The notes: generated from the letters alone by a model not told the origin. 33,795 nucleotides of DNA from Candidatus Zixiibacteriota bacterium (GCA_041742355.1 JBGSIV010000203.1:1-33795), one strand, 5' to 3'; shown: positions 8,182 through 18,677, numbered from the stretch's first letter. Made by a program: numbers and translations.

Positions 8182-9573
8182 ATGTACGAAAAGCAGAGAA
8201 CCATTAAGACCCCCATCTCCTTGTCCGGCGTCGGGTTGCATACCGGCAACACCTGCACCATGACCTTTCTGCCGGCCCCCCCGGATCACGGCATCCGGTT
8301 CGTCCGCGCCGATCTGCCGGGGAAACCCTCGGTTATCGCCGACATCGATCACGTCGTCGATATCGCCCGAGGCACCACGCTGCAGGATGGCGAGGCGAGG
8401 GTCCACACGGTCGAGCACGTCCTGGCCGCGTTCGCCGGACTCCAGATCGACAACATGATTGTCGAACTGGACAACAACGAGCCGCCGATCGGCGATGGTT
8501 CCGCGAAACCGTATGTGGACAAGATCCTTGAGGCGGGGATCGAGGATCAGGACGCCGACAAGGTCTACCTCGAAATCGACACGCCGATCACCTACAGCGA
8601 ACCCGAGCGCGGCGTCGATATCGTCGTCGCTCCCTCCAACGACCTGCGCATCACCTTCCTGATCGACTACAAGAATCCGTCGCTCGGTACCCAGTACACG
8701 ACCCTGCAGGATCTGCAGACGGAGTTTGTCGAGGAATTTGCTCCCGCCCGGACCTTCTGTTTCCTCTCCGAGGTCGAGTCGCTCAAAGCCTGCGGTCTGA
8801 TCAAAGGCGGCGGGCTCGACACGGCGATCGTCTTTTACGATTCCGACGGCGGACAGGTCGAGGTCGACCGCATCCGCGCCGCCCTCAATCTCAAGGATCA
8901 GGCGTTTGTCGGCAAGACCGGCATCATCAACGATATCCCTCTGCGATTCTATAACGAGCCGGTGCGCCACAAGGCGCTCGACTTGCTCGGCGATCTGTTC
9001 CTGATCGGCGTACCGTTCAAGGGGCACGTCCTCGCGGCTCGCTCCGGTCACAAGGCCAATGTCGCGCTCGCCAAAAAGATGCGCGACCTCTACAAGAAGA
9101 AGAAGATCGCCGGCAAGTACTCCGGCCGCGGTTCGGCGGCGCTGTTTGATATTGACGCAATCCAGCGCATCATGCCGCATCGCTACCCGTTCCTCATGAT
9201 CGACCGGATCCTCGACCTCGAGCCGGACAAACGGGTCACCGCGATCAAAAATGTCACGATCAACGAGCCGTTCTTCCAGGGGCATTTCCCGGGGCATCCG
9301 ATCATGCCGGGCGTGCTCATTCTCGAAGCAATGGCGCAGGCCGGGGGAGTCCTCCTGCTCAACGCAATCGCCGAGCCGGAGACCAAGGTTGTCTACTTCA
9401 TGGCGATTGACAATGCCAAGTTCCGTAAACCGGTCGTGCCGGGAGATCAGCTCCGATTCGAACTGCAGATGCATTCGTTCCGCCGCATGACCTGCAAGAT
9501 GTCAGGGGAGGCGTTTGTCGACGGCGAGCTGGTCGCCAGCGCCGATTTTATGGCAATGGTTAGAGACCGATGA
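8182..9573 (+). CDS. lpxC/fabZ: bifunctional UDP-3-O-acyl-GlcNAc deacetylase / 3-hydroxyacyl-ACP dehydratase (LpxC-FabZ fusion)
   Basis: LpxC motifs GVGLHTG, TVEH, DGSA, ARTF and HKALDLLGD. FabZ motifs [10 protein letters not shown] and [22 protein letters not shown]. Confidence 0.97.
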   Translation: MYEKQRTIKTPISLSGVGLHTGNTCTMTFLPAPPDHGIRFVRADLPGKPSVIADIDHVVDIARGTTLQDGEARVHTVEHVLAAFAGLQIDNMIVELDNNEPPIGDGSAKPYVDKILEAGIEDQDADKVYLEIDTPITYSEPERGVDIVVAPSNDLRITFLIDYKNPSLGTQYTTLQDLQTEFVEEFAPARTFCFLSEVESLKACGLIKGGGLDTAIVFYDSDGGQVEVDRIRAALNLKDQAFVGKTGIINDIPLRFYNEPVRHKALDLLGDLFLIGVPFKGHVLAARSGHKANVALAKKMRDLYKKKKIAGKYSGRGSAALFDIDAIQRIMPHRYPFLMIDRILDLEPDKRVTAIKNVTINEPFFQGHFPGHPIMPGVLILEAMAQAGGVLLLNAIAEPETKVVYFMAIDNAKFRKPVVPGDQLRFELQMHSFRRMTCKMSGEAFVDGELVASADFMAMVRDR

Positions 9574-10343
9574 GTGTTATTCATCCCAGCGCAATCGTTT
9601 CACCGAAAGCAGAGCTGGCTGACGACGTAACGGTCGGCCCGCACACGATCATCGAAGACGACGTCAAGATCGGCCCGGGGAGCAAAATCGCGTCCTCCGT
9701 GCTGCTTGCGTCCGGCGCCCGTATTGGCGCCAATTGCTCCATTTCCCACGGCGCGGTGATCGCCACCCAACCGCAGGATCTCAAGTTCGGCGGCGAAAAA
9801 ACGCTCGCAGAGATCGGCGACCGCACGGTCGTTCGCGAGTACACCACGATCAACCGAGGCACCGTCGCCCACGGCCGCACGACTGTCGGGAAAGACTGCT
9901 TCCTCATGGCCTACTCCCACATCGCCCACGACTGCGTCATCGGCAACAATGTGATTCTCGCCAATGCGGTGAATCTCGCCGGCCACATCGAAATCGACGA
10001 CTTCGCCATCCTCGGCGGCGTCCTGCCTGTGCACCAGTTCGTCAAGATCGGCGCCCACTGTATGATCGGCGGCGGCTTCCGCGTTCCCATGGATGTCTGT
10101 CCGTATGCGCTGTGCGGCGGGTATCCCTTGAAGGTCATGGGGCATAACGCCATCGGCTTGCGGCGGCGCGGTTTTAGCAAAGAGTCGATCACCTCGATCG
10201 AACATGCCTTCAAGCTCCTTTTCTTCAGCGGCCTGAACACCACCCAGGCAGTCGAACGCATTGACGGGGAACTGGAGAAGACCCCGGAAGTCCAGACGAT
10301 CCTTGATTTTCTCGCCCGCTCCACCCGCGGGCTGACCAAATAG
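9570..10343 (+). CDS. lpxA: acyl-ACP--UDP-GlcNAc (or GlcNAc3N) acyltransferase
   Basis: Hexapeptide repeats plus PQDLKF, REYTTINRGT, HIAHDC, LAGH, VHQF and NAIGLRRRGF. ATGA overlap with lpxC/fabZ. Confidence 0.97.
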   Translation: MSVIHPSAIVSPKAELADDVTVGPHTIIEDDVKIGPGSKIASSVLLASGARIGANCSISHGAVIATQPQDLKFGGEKTLAEIGDRTVVREYTTINRGTVAHGRTTVGKDCFLMAYSHIAHDCVIGNNVILANAVNLAGHIEIDDFAILGGVLPVHQFVKIGAHCMIGGGFRVPMDVCPYALCGGYPLKVMGHNAIGLRRRGFSKESITSIEHAFKLLFFSGLNTTQAVERIDGELEKTPEVQTILDFLARSTRGLTK

Positions 10344-10430
10344 TCCGTTCACCGCAGGGGCGTAAGCTCGGCAACCGATCCGACCAGAAGGCCGGTTGCC
10401 GCCACACCAGGAGACCGAGGGAGGTTTGTT

Positions 10431-10889
10431 ATGGAACAGGAAACGGGAATCGTCTGCCGTCCCGCCGAAGAGATCGAGTACCCCACCTTTCTGCAAATGA
10501 TCTACGAGCACGCCGCCGACTTCCTCGAGCCGTCGCTCGTACTCCTCGGCATGAATCAGGCGGAATTCGAGTACCTTTTCCGCACCCGGGGGAGAGTCGC
10601 CGCGATCACCCTGCACGGCATCGAGGTCGGCTTCCACTGGAGCGAAGAGCGCGGCGACACCCTGCATATCCACGGCCTTTTTGTCCGCCCCGAATTCCAG
10701 AAACAGGGAGTCGCCCGCCGGGTGCTCGCCGACCTCGAGCGGCAGGCCTCGCCCGCAGTCACCTGGCTCGAACTCGGCGTTCACTGTGACAACCACCGGG
10801 CCAGGGGGATTTGCGAAGCGGCCGGTTTCGACGTTTCCCGCGAGCTGGACGATTTCAACTTCGTGATTATGCGGAAGCCGCGGCGGTAG
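10431..10889 (+). CDS. GNAT family N-acetyltransferase
   Basis: LFVRPEFQKQGVARRVL (motif A) and N..A......GF (motif B). GGGAGG RBS. Confidence 0.85.
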   Translation: MEQETGIVCRPAEEIEYPTFLQMIYEHAADFLEPSLVLLGMNQAEFEYLFRTRGRVAAITLHGIEVGFHWSEERGDTLHIHGLFVRPEFQKQGVARRVLADLERQASPAVTWLELGVHCDNHRARGICEAAGFDVSRELDDFNFVIMRKPRR

Positions 10890-11047
10890 CACCTGCCATC
10901 CCATTGTGCGGGCGACAATAATCCTTTTGCCGCCCTTTCTATTTAGTTACCTTCCCGCAGAAGAACGTACGCAGTGCGCCGTGTCGCACCGACCGCGAAG
11001 TGCCCTGTCTCTGCGCCGGACGCTGCCAGTTGAGAGAACGATCAGCT

Positions 11048-12037
11048 ATGATGAAAATACGCACCGGAGTAGTCGGCGTCGGCGCTCTCGGCCGCCACCA
11101 CCTGCGCTGGCTCTCCCAGATCCCCGAATCCGAACTGGTCGGCTTTTACGATGTCGACCCGGAAAAACAGCAGAAGTACGCCGCCGAATACAACGTCACG
11201 CCCTTTCCGACAGTCGAAGCCCTGGCTGACGCGGTCGAGGCCGCCTCGATCGTCGTGCCCACCACGATTCACCACGAGGTCGCAAGCATCCTTCTGGCCA
11301 GAGGCGTGCACTGCCTGATCGAAAAACCGGTCACCTCCACTCTCGAAGAGGCTAAAGACCTGTCCTGTCTCGCCGCGAGGACCGGCGCCAGGGTCGCGGT
11401 CGGCCACATCGAGCGCTTCAACCCCGCGGTCCAGGCGGTTCTCGAACTGGGTGTTCGTCCCGCTTTCATCGAAGCCCACCGCCTCGCCGCATTCGATCCC
11501 CGCGGCGCCGATGTCGCCGTGGTGCGCGACCTCATGATTCACGACATCGACCTCGTTCTGACCCTGACCCAGTCACGCGTCGCCGATATCAGGGCCTCCG
11601 CGGTGGCTGTCGTCTCCGATCAGGCCGATATCGCCAACGCCCGCCTGACCATGGAAAACGGCGCCGTGGCCAATCTCACTGCCTCCCGTATTTCGCTCAA
11701 CGTCATGCGCAAGCTGCGCATCTTCCAGCCCTCCGGCTACTTCTCGCTCGACCTCGCCAAAAAACAGGCCGACCTCTACCGCCTGGCCGAACCGGGGGAG
11801 ACCACCGATGGATTTAAAGTCCCGCTCGGCAAATCGGGGCGCGAACTGGTCTACTCCAAGCGCGGCGACACCGGCGGCGATCAGCTCCAGATGGAACTGA
11901 CCGCGTTCCTCCGGGCGATTCTCGACCAATCCCCGGTGGCCGTTCCGCTCGAACAGGGCATCGAGGCCCTCCGCGTCGCGCTCGAGGTCGAGAAGGCCGG
12001 CCGGCAGTCGCTGGACCAGATGCTGGCCCACGCCTGA
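11048..12037 (+). CDS. gnnA: Gfo/Idh/MocA oxidoreductase, probable UDP-GlcNAc 3-dehydrogenase (GnnA-like)
   Basis: GVGALGRHH, IEKP, GHIERFNP, DLMIHDID and D.ANARL....G.VANLTASR motifs. Located between lpxA and lpxB, as for characterised gnnA. Confidence 0.7.
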   Translation: MMKIRTGVVGVGALGRHHLRWLSQIPESELVGFYDVDPEKQQKYAAEYNVTPFPTVEALADAVEAASIVVPTTIHHEVASILLARGVHCLIEKPVTSTLEEAKDLSCLAARTGARVAVGHIERFNPAVQAVLELGVRPAFIEAHRLAAFDPRGADVAVVRDLMIHDIDLVLTLTQSRVADIRASAVAVVSDQADIANARLTMENGAVANLTASRISLNVMRKLRIFQPSGYFSLDLAKKQADLYRLAEPGETTDGFKVPLGKSGRELVYSKRGDTGGDQLQMELTAFLRAILDQSPVAVPLEQGIEALRVALEVEKAGRQSLDQMLAHA

Positions 12038-12049
12038 TCGGCAAACCCT

Positions 12050-13162
12050 ATGGAGCTATTTCTCTCAGCCGGTGACCTCTCGGGAGACAACGCCTCGGCG
12101 CGCCTCGTTGCGTCCCTGCGCACCCTCGATCCCGAGCTCCGCCTCTTCGGACTGGGCCGAACAAAACTTCGCCAACTCGGGCAGGATCAACTCGCCGAGG
12201 GAAACGACCTCGCCGTTATCGGCTTCTGGGAGGTCGCCCGCCGCTTCTTCTTCTTCCGGCGACTGATGCACCGGTGTGTCGATGAAATCACCCGCCGCCG
12301 TCCCGAGGCCATCGTGCTTGTCGACTACCCCGGCTTCAACCTCCGTCTCGCGAAACGGGTGAAACACCTCGGTATCCCGATCATCTACTACATTTCGCCC
12401 CAACTCTGGGCGTGGGGGAAGAAGCGCCTCGCGCAGATCGAGGAACTGGTCGACCTGATGCTCGTGATCCTCCCGTTCGAACAGCGGTTCTACGAAAACA
12501 CCCGCGTCAACGCCTGTTTCGTCGGGCACTACCTGCTGGAAGACATTCCGGCGCAGTACATCGCTTCCGAGCCGCCCGACAAGAAGTCCGGCGGCCTCGC
12601 ACTCCTGCCCGGATCCCGCCCGCAGGAGATCGAGCGCATGCTCCACCCTATGCTCGAAACCGCCCGTGCCTTCACTCGCGCTCATGGCACCCGCGCCGTG
12701 GTCGCCGGCGTGGAGGGAGCTTTCGACTATGAATCAGCCATGGCCCCGTACCGGGGTGACGCCATTTCAATCTCGTTCGATGACTCCCGCCGCCTCATCC
12801 ATGACAGCGCCCTTGTGCTCACTGCGTCCGGCACTGCCACCCTCGAGACCGGCATCATCGGCCGTCCCATGGTGGTTGTCTACCGGACGGGGGAGATCAC
12901 CTATCAGATTGCCCGCCGCCTGATCACGCTTGACAAAATCGCCCTCGTTAACTTGGTTGCGGGCAGAGAGATCGCTCCCGAGCTGCTTCAGCACGAGGCC
13001 ACGCCCGAACGGATGCTGGAGGCGCTCAACCGGTACTGGGACCACGACGCGCACTACCGGCAGACACTCGATCGGCTGCGCGAAGTACCGGGTTTGCTCG
13101 GAGGCCTCGGCGCCTCCGACCGCGCCGCACACCTGATTGTCGGGCATATCGGAAGAAAGTAA
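12050..13162 (+). CDS. lpxB: lipid-A-disaccharide synthase
   Basis: AGDLSGD, DYPGFN, YYISPQLWAW, ILPFE, FVGH, LLPGSR and SGTATLE motifs. Confidence 0.96.
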   Translation: MELFLSAGDLSGDNASARLVASLRTLDPELRLFGLGRTKLRQLGQDQLAEGNDLAVIGFWEVARRFFFFRRLMHRCVDEITRRRPEAIVLVDYPGFNLRLAKRVKHLGIPIIYYISPQLWAWGKKRLAQIEELVDLMLVILPFEQRFYENTRVNACFVGHYLLEDIPAQYIASEPPDKKSGGLALLPGSRPQEIERMLHPMLETARAFTRAHGTRAVVAGVEGAFDYESAMAPYRGDAISISFDDSRRLIHDSALVLTASGTATLETGIIGRPMVVVYRTGEITYQIARRLITLDKIALVNLVAGREIAPELLQHEATPERMLEALNRYWDHDAHYRQTLDRLREVPGLLGGLGASDRAAHLIVGHIGRK

Positions 13163-13165
13163 GCC

Positions 13166-14404
13166 TTGCTAACCGCCTATCGCCTGCTCACCAGGTTTAT
13201 TCACATCGCCACCTACCCGGTGACCCGTCTCCGCGCCGCCCGGGGGCACCAGATGTGGCGGGACCGCCTCGGACTCAACGCCGACGACTCTTCGGCCGAT
13301 GTCTGGCTGCATGCCGCCTCGGTCGGCGAAGTGAAAGTCCTCTCGCACCTGTGCGAGTACCTCCGCCGCAAGCGACCGGCCATCCGGATCTACCTCACCG
13401 TGATCACCGAACAGGGGTTCCAGTCGGCCCGACGGCTTCTCCCCGAATCTGTCGCGGTGCGATACTTTCCGGCCGACACAACCACCGTCGTCGCCCGGGT
13501 CCTCGACCGGATCCGTCCCCGCTGCCTCGTGATCGCCGAAACCGAAATCTGGCCCAACCTCATAACGCTGGCGTCGGAACGCGGTATCGCCGTAATTCTG
13601 GTGAACGGGCGGATGTCCGACACCGGCTTCAAGCGGTACCGGCTCATCGGATCGTTCCTCGCTCGGCTGCTGGCTCGCTACGACCGCTTCTTCTTCAAGT
13701 CGGAACTCGATGCCGCGCGCTACCGCCGGTTCGGTGTGCCGGAAACGAAGTACCGGGTGGTGGGCGACATGAAGTTTGATGCCCCGCTGTGGCCTCGCTA
13801 CGATGAACGGATCGCGCGGATTCGCGCCGACCTCGGCGCCGCTCCCGGCGACTTCCTTGTCGTGGCCGGTTCGACCCGCCCGGGGGAGGAGAGCCTGCTG
13901 GTCGAGATGCTCACCCGCCTGCGCGCTGACGATGGCCGCTGTCGGCTGGTCATCGCCCCGCGCCATGTCGAGCGTCTCGACGAAGTCCGGCAGGTGTGCC
14001 GGGACAGCGGGATTGAACCGGACATCTACGGCAACCCGGTCAGCGGCGCCCCCGTAGTCATTGTTGACCGGATGGGGCTGTTGATGGATCTTTACATGGC
14101 GGCCGACCTCGCGTTTGTCGGCGGTACGCTGGTCGATATCGGCGGCCACAACATCCTCGAACCGGTCTGGGCCGGTACGCCGGTCCTCTACGGCCCATCG
14201 CTCGGAAACGTTGCCGACGCCGCCGAGTACATCGAATCGCACAACTACGGCGCCCGGGTGGCCGACAGCACCGCGCTCACCGACACCGTCCGCGCCGTGC
14301 GCGACGGACGGCGGACCTTCGCCCGGAAAACGGAACATGACCTGAGTACATCGGCGGTGGCCGTCACCGGCGATTATGTGCTGGCAAAACTCGACCATGC
14401 TTGA
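13166..14404 (+). CDS. waaA: Kdo transferase
   Basis: WLHAASVGE, ETEIWPN, NGRMS, KFD, AGST, APRH.ER and FVGGTL..GGHN.LEP motifs. TTG start. Confidence 0.95.
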   Translation: MLTAYRLLTRFIHIATYPVTRLRAARGHQMWRDRLGLNADDSSADVWLHAASVGEVKVLSHLCEYLRRKRPAIRIYLTVITEQGFQSARRLLPESVAVRYFPADTTTVVARVLDRIRPRCLVIAETEIWPNLITLASERGIAVILVNGRMSDTGFKRYRLIGSFLARLLARYDRFFFKSELDAARYRRFGVPETKYRVVGDMKFDAPLWPRYDERIARIRADLGAAPGDFLVVAGSTRPGEESLLVEMLTRLRADDGRCRLVIAPRHVERLDEVRQVCRDSGIEPDIYGNPVSGAPVVIVDRMGLLMDLYMAADLAFVGGTLVDIGGHNILEPVWAGTPVLYGPSLGNVADAAEYIESHNYGARVADSTALTDTVRAVRDGRRTFARKTEHDLSTSAVAVTGDYVLAKLDHA

Positions 14405-15485
14405 GAGAACCTGGAAAAAGTTCCTGCGGCACGAAGGGCTGTCCCCCTGGGGGCTCCTGGCCCTGCCGCTGTGGCTGGCTTCGATCATCTACCGCTTCAT
14501 CCCGCGCATCCAGCGCCGCTTCACGAAAAACCGGATCCGCGTCCCGGTCCCGGTTCTCGGCGTCGGCAACATCACGGTCGGCGGCACCGGCAAGACCCCC
14601 ATGGTCGAGGTCCTTGCCCGCGGGCTGCTCGCCGACGGCATCCGGGTCGGGATTGTCTCCTCGGGCTACGGCCGCGAGAGCCACGATCCGGTGATTGGCG
14701 ACGGCTACCGGTTGCAGGAATGCCGCGCCGAAGACATCGGCGACGAAGTCCTCCTGCTGGCCCACCTCGTTCCCGGGGCGATCTTCTCCATCGATGACTC
14801 CAAGAGCGAGGCCGCCCGATCTCTCGCCGCGAGCGACTACCATCCGCAGGTGATTATAGTCGATGATGCCTTCCAGCACTACCGCCTGGCCCGCGACCTT
14901 GACCTCGTCACGTACGATGCCGCTCTGCCGGGCCGCGTTATGGCGCCGTTCCCCTTTGGCGTGATGCGCGAACCCCGCTCCGCCCTCAAGCGGGCGCATG
15001 TCATCGTCATCACCCGGTCCAACTTCGCGCGGGATATCGGCAAGCTGAGCAAGCGCTTGCGGCGCATCGCCCCCCGCGCTGCCCACTACACCGCCCAGTT
15101 CTCCATCCACACCCTTGTCGGACGTGACCGCCGCTACCCGATCAAATACCTCGAGGATAAATCAACCTTCCTGTTTGCGGGTGTCGGCAACTTCGAGCCG
15201 CTCCGGCGCCAGGTCTCGGTCCTCTCCGGCGACCTCGACTTCGCCCTCGAACTTTCCGACCATCAGGAGTACGACCGCGAAACCCTCGAACGGATCAAGG
15301 CGGTGGCCGACGAACACGATTCCGACGTCATTGTGACCACCGGCAAGGACTGGGTCAAAATCCGGGACTTTGATTTCGGGCGCGAGATGTATTATCTTGC
15401 CCAGTCAGTGGATCTGGACCCCGGGGAAGAACAACTGGTGGCTCACATCGAACAGCAATTGGGATTGGTGAAGGCCGGCAACTGA
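14397..15485 (+). CDS. lpxK: tetraacyldisaccharide 4'-kinase
   Basis: VGNITVGGTGKTP, S.GYG, GDE, DDAFQH, P.G.MRE, DH..Y and TT.KD.VK motifs. Confidence 0.95.
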   Translation: MLERTWKKFLRHEGLSPWGLLALPLWLASIIYRFIPRIQRRFTKNRIRVPVPVLGVGNITVGGTGKTPMVEVLARGLLADGIRVGIVSSGYGRESHDPVIGDGYRLQECRAEDIGDEVLLLAHLVPGAIFSIDDSKSEAARSLAASDYHPQVIIVDDAFQHYRLARDLDLVTYDAALPGRVMAPFPFGVMREPRSALKRAHVIVITRSNFARDIGKLSKRLRRIAPRAAHYTAQFSIHTLVGRDRRYPIKYLEDKSTFLFAGVGNFEPLRRQVSVLSGDLDFALELSDHQEYDRETLERIKAVADEHDSDVIVTTGKDWVKIRDFDFGREMYYLAQSVDLDPGEEQLVAHIEQQLGLVKAGN

Positions 15486-17125
15486 TGGAACGTCACTACG
15501 ATTTTCTCGTGATCGGCAGCGGTATCGCGGGGCTGTTCTATGCCATCGAAGTGGCGACCATCCGCCCCGATGCCCGCATTGCCATCGTCACCAAGAAAGG
15601 GGAGACCGACTCGAGCACCAACCGCGCCCAGGGCGGCATTGCCGCTGTCCTCGCCGGAACCGATTCGTTCAACGCCCACGTCGCCGACACGCTCGACGCC
15701 GGCGCGGGCATGTGCCATGAGGGCGTGGTCGAAACGATCGTGCGGGAAGCCCCCACCGTCATCCGCGACCTCGTCGATCTCGGCGTCGAATTCACCCGCA
15801 CCGAACAGGGGTACGCGCTCGGCCGCGAGGGGGGACATTCCGTCGCCCGCGTGGTGCACGCCGATGACCTCACCGGGAAAGAAATCGAGCGCGCCCTGCT
15901 TGCCGCGGTCAAAGCCCGCAAGGGGCGCATCGACATCTTCCGCGACCACATTGCCCTCGACTTGATCAAGGGGACCTCGGGCGGGCGGCCCGCCTGCGCC
16001 GGCGCCTACATCTTCTCTGAGGTCGACCGCAACTTCTACTCCTTCGTCGCGACCTCGACCATGCTCGCCACCGGCGGCCTCGGGCAGGTCTACTTCCATA
16101 CCAGCAATCCCAAGATCGCGACCGGCGATGGTGTCGCGATTGCCTACCGCGCCGGCGTCCCGGTCAGCAATCTCGAATTCGTCCAGTTCCATCCGACCAC
16201 CCTCTACAGCCCCGGGCGCTGGCCGTTTTTGATCTCTGAAGCGGTGCGCGGCGAAGGCGGCCTGCTCAAGACGATCGATGGCCGGCTCATCATGGATGGC
16301 GCCCACCAGATGAAAGACCTCGCCCCGCGCGACATCGTGGCGCGCGCCATCGACAAGGAACTCAAGGAAAGCGGCGAGGAGTATGTTCTCCTCGATATCA
16401 GCCACCGCGAACCCGAATTCGTCAGGAAACGCTTCCCTAATATCTACAAGACCTGCCTTGAACGCGGGTTCGACATCACCGCCCGCCCCATCCCGGTTGT
16501 TCCGGCGGCGCACTATGCCTGCGGCGGGGTGGTGGCCAATGTCAACGGCGAAACCGACCTGGCCGGCCTCTATGTCGCCGGCGAGGTGGCCATGACCGGC
16601 ATGCACGGCGCCAACCGCCTCGCCTCCAACTCCCTGCTCGAAGCGGTCGTCATGGCCAAGCGGGCGGCCATGAAATCCTGCCGGTACATCGAAGTGGCCG
16701 AGGTCGCCCCGATGTCCACCATCGATTCATCGCTGTACTCGTCGCTCCAGTACCCGAGGGAGAAGGTGCTCATCGCCCACGACCGTCGCCAGCTCACCCG
16801 CGTCATGTCCGATTTTGTCGGCATTGTCCGAACCGAGGATCGCCTCCTTTTGGCCCTCGAAAACGTACAAAGACTCAAGAACGCGATCGAGCAGTACTAC
16901 CTCGCCACGCCGGCGACCTACGACGTGGTCGAACTGCGCAACATGGCGACGGTCGCGGAACTGATTATCCGGTGCGCCCTGATGCGCAAGGAATCGCGCG
17001 GCCTGCACTATGTCGAGGATTACCCCCTCCCGCGCGAATACTACTGCAAAGATACGATGCTCGTTAACGAAGAAAGCGGAGGCAGCAACGGTGGCGGCAC
17101 ACCACGAAATGATTCTCATTCTTGA
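15485..17125 (+). CDS. nadB: L-aspartate oxidase
   Basis: IGSGIAGL, AQGGIA, EGGHS, QFHPT, LISEAVRGEG, LAPRD, HY.CGG, HGANRLASNSLLE and ESRGLH motifs. TGATG overlap with lpxK. Confidence 0.95.
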   Translation: MERHYDFLVIGSGIAGLFYAIEVATIRPDARIAIVTKKGETDSSTNRAQGGIAAVLAGTDSFNAHVADTLDAGAGMCHEGVVETIVREAPTVIRDLVDLGVEFTRTEQGYALGREGGHSVARVVHADDLTGKEIERALLAAVKARKGRIDIFRDHIALDLIKGTSGGRPACAGAYIFSEVDRNFYSFVATSTMLATGGLGQVYFHTSNPKIATGDGVAIAYRAGVPVSNLEFVQFHPTTLYSPGRWPFLISEAVRGEGGLLKTIDGRLIMDGAHQMKDLAPRDIVARAIDKELKESGEEYVLLDISHREPEFVRKRFPNIYKTCLERGFDITARPIPVVPAAHYACGGVVANVNGETDLAGLYVAGEVAMTGMHGANRLASNSLLEAVVMAKRAAMKSCRYIEVAEVAPMSTIDSSLYSSLQYPREKVLIAHDRRQLTRVMSDFVGIVRTEDRLLLALENVQRLKNAIEQYYLATPATYDVVELRNMATVAELIIRCALMRKESRGLHYVEDYPLPREYYCKDTMLVNEESGGSNGGGTPRNDSHS

Positions 17126-18632
17126 TTTCGGCTCGCAGTACACTCAGCTGATTGCCCGGCGCGTCCGCGAAGCCAGCGTGTACTGCGAAATCGTCCCCTT
17201 CAACCACGACCTGCGCGCGTACCGCGACAAAAACGTCCGCGGCTATATCCTCTCCGGCGGCCCGGCCTCGCTCTCCGAACCGGGGTCCCCCCGGCTGGAT
17301 GCGCAGTTTTTCGAAACCGACCTCCCCATTCTCGGCATCTGCTACGGCCTCCAGCTGCTCGCTGACCGCTTCGGCGGCACCCTCGTGGCCTCCGACACCC
17401 GGGAGTACGGGCGGGCCAGATTCCACGTCAAGGACGAGAACAGCCTGTTCGCCGGTATCCCCCAGTCGTCGACAGTCTGGATGTCCCACGGCGACTCGGT
17501 CGCCAAAATGCCCCCCGGCTACCAGATCATCGGCTCGACCGACAGCCTCGAGGTCGCCGCGATCGCCGATCTCGAGCACAAACGCTACGGCGTCCAGTTC
17601 CACCCCGAGGTCCACCACACCAACGAAGGCCGCAAGATCCTCGACAACTTCCTGTTCGATGTCTGCGGGATGAAAGGGGACTGGACCACCGAGGCCTTTA
17701 TCGAGAGCGCCATCGCCCGCATATGCGAACAGGTCGAAGGGAAAGACGTCGTGCTCGGCATCTCCGGCGGCGTCGACTCCACCGTCGCCGCCATGCTCCT
17801 CAACCGCGCCATCGGCGGCCGCCTCCACGCCGTGTTCGTCAACAACGGCCTCCTGCGCAAGAACGAGTTCGAGGATGTCACCGCCATGCTCCGCACCCTC
17901 GACATCAACCTGCACCCGATCGATGCCTCCGAGGAGTTCCTCACCCGCCTCGCCGGCGTGGTCGATCCCGAAGCCAAGCGCAAGATCATCGGCAACACCT
18001 TCATCGACATTTTCGAGATGGTCGCCAAGAACCTCGGCGACATCGAATTCCTCGCCCAGGGGACGCTCTACCCCGATGTGATCGAATCGACCTCCTTCAA
18101 GGGCCCTTCCGCGACCATCAAGTCCCACCACAACGTCGGCGGCCTCAAGGATCGCATGCACCTCAAGCTGGTCGAGCCCTTGCGCGAGCTGTTCAAAGAC
18201 GAGGTTCGCGAACTCGGCCGCAAACTCGGCCTCCCCGATCAGTTCATCCGGCGCCACCCCTTCCCGGGCCCGGGCCTGGCCGTGCGCATCCTCGGCGACA
18301 TTACCAAAGAGCGTTGCGACCTACTCCGCGAAGTCGACGCCATCTTCATCGAAGACCTGCACAACTTCAACATCTACGATGACATCTGGCAGGCTTTCGC
18401 CGTCCTCCTGCCCATCAAGGCGGTCGGCGTCATGGGCGACGAGCGCACCTACGAGAACGTCATCGCCCTGCGCGCGGTGACCTCGGTCGACGGCATGACT
18501 GCCGACTGGGCGCGCATCGACCCCGACATCCTCGCCCACATCTCGAACCGTATCATCCGATATGTGAAGGGGGTCAACCGGGTGGTGTACGACATCTCGT
18601 CCAAACCACCCGCGACCATCGAATGGGAGTAA
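17091..18632 (+). CDS. guaA: GMP synthase (glutamine-hydrolysing)
   Basis: LDFGSQYTQLIARR, GICYG.Q, QFHPEV, SGGVDS, IKSHHNVGG, HPFPGPGL and KPPATIEWE motifs. GTG start at 17091 with GGAGG RBS; overlaps the nadB end by 35 nt. Confidence 0.98.
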   Translation: MAAHHEMILILDFGSQYTQLIARRVREASVYCEIVPFNHDLRAYRDKNVRGYILSGGPASLSEPGSPRLDAQFFETDLPILGICYGLQLLADRFGGTLVASDTREYGRARFHVKDENSLFAGIPQSSTVWMSHGDSVAKMPPGYQIIGSTDSLEVAAIADLEHKRYGVQFHPEVHHTNEGRKILDNFLFDVCGMKGDWTTEAFIESAIARICEQVEGKDVVLGISGGVDSTVAAMLLNRAIGGRLHAVFVNNGLLRKNEFEDVTAMLRTLDINLHPIDASEEFLTRLAGVVDPEAKRKIIGNTFIDIFEMVAKNLGDIEFLAQGTLYPDVIESTSFKGPSATIKSHHNVGGLKDRMHLKLVEPLRELFKDEVRELGRKLGLPDQFIRRHPFPGPGLAVRILGDITKERCDLLREVDAIFIEDLHNFNIYDDIWQAFAVLLPIKAVGVMGDERTYENVIALRAVTSVDGMTADWARIDPDILAHISNRIIRYVKGVNRVVYDISSKPPATIEWE

Positions 18633-18677
18633 GCGGCGGCCCCGGAGCGCCGGCGTAGCGCTCCGGTCGGGCAAACC

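Noticed and set aside
8182..9573. LpxC-FabZ fusion as a novelty
   Set aside because: Well known in Bacteroidota and relatives; useful only as a taxonomic hint.
10060..10110. Predicting lipid A acyl chain length from the LpxA 'hydrocarbon ruler' position (GGFRV)
   Set aside because: Alignment by eye is not reliable enough, and Arg at this site does not map uniquely to a chain length.
18642..18666. GC hairpin after guaA as a terminator or REP element
   Set aside because: No U-tract on either side, and I saw no second copy in the window.
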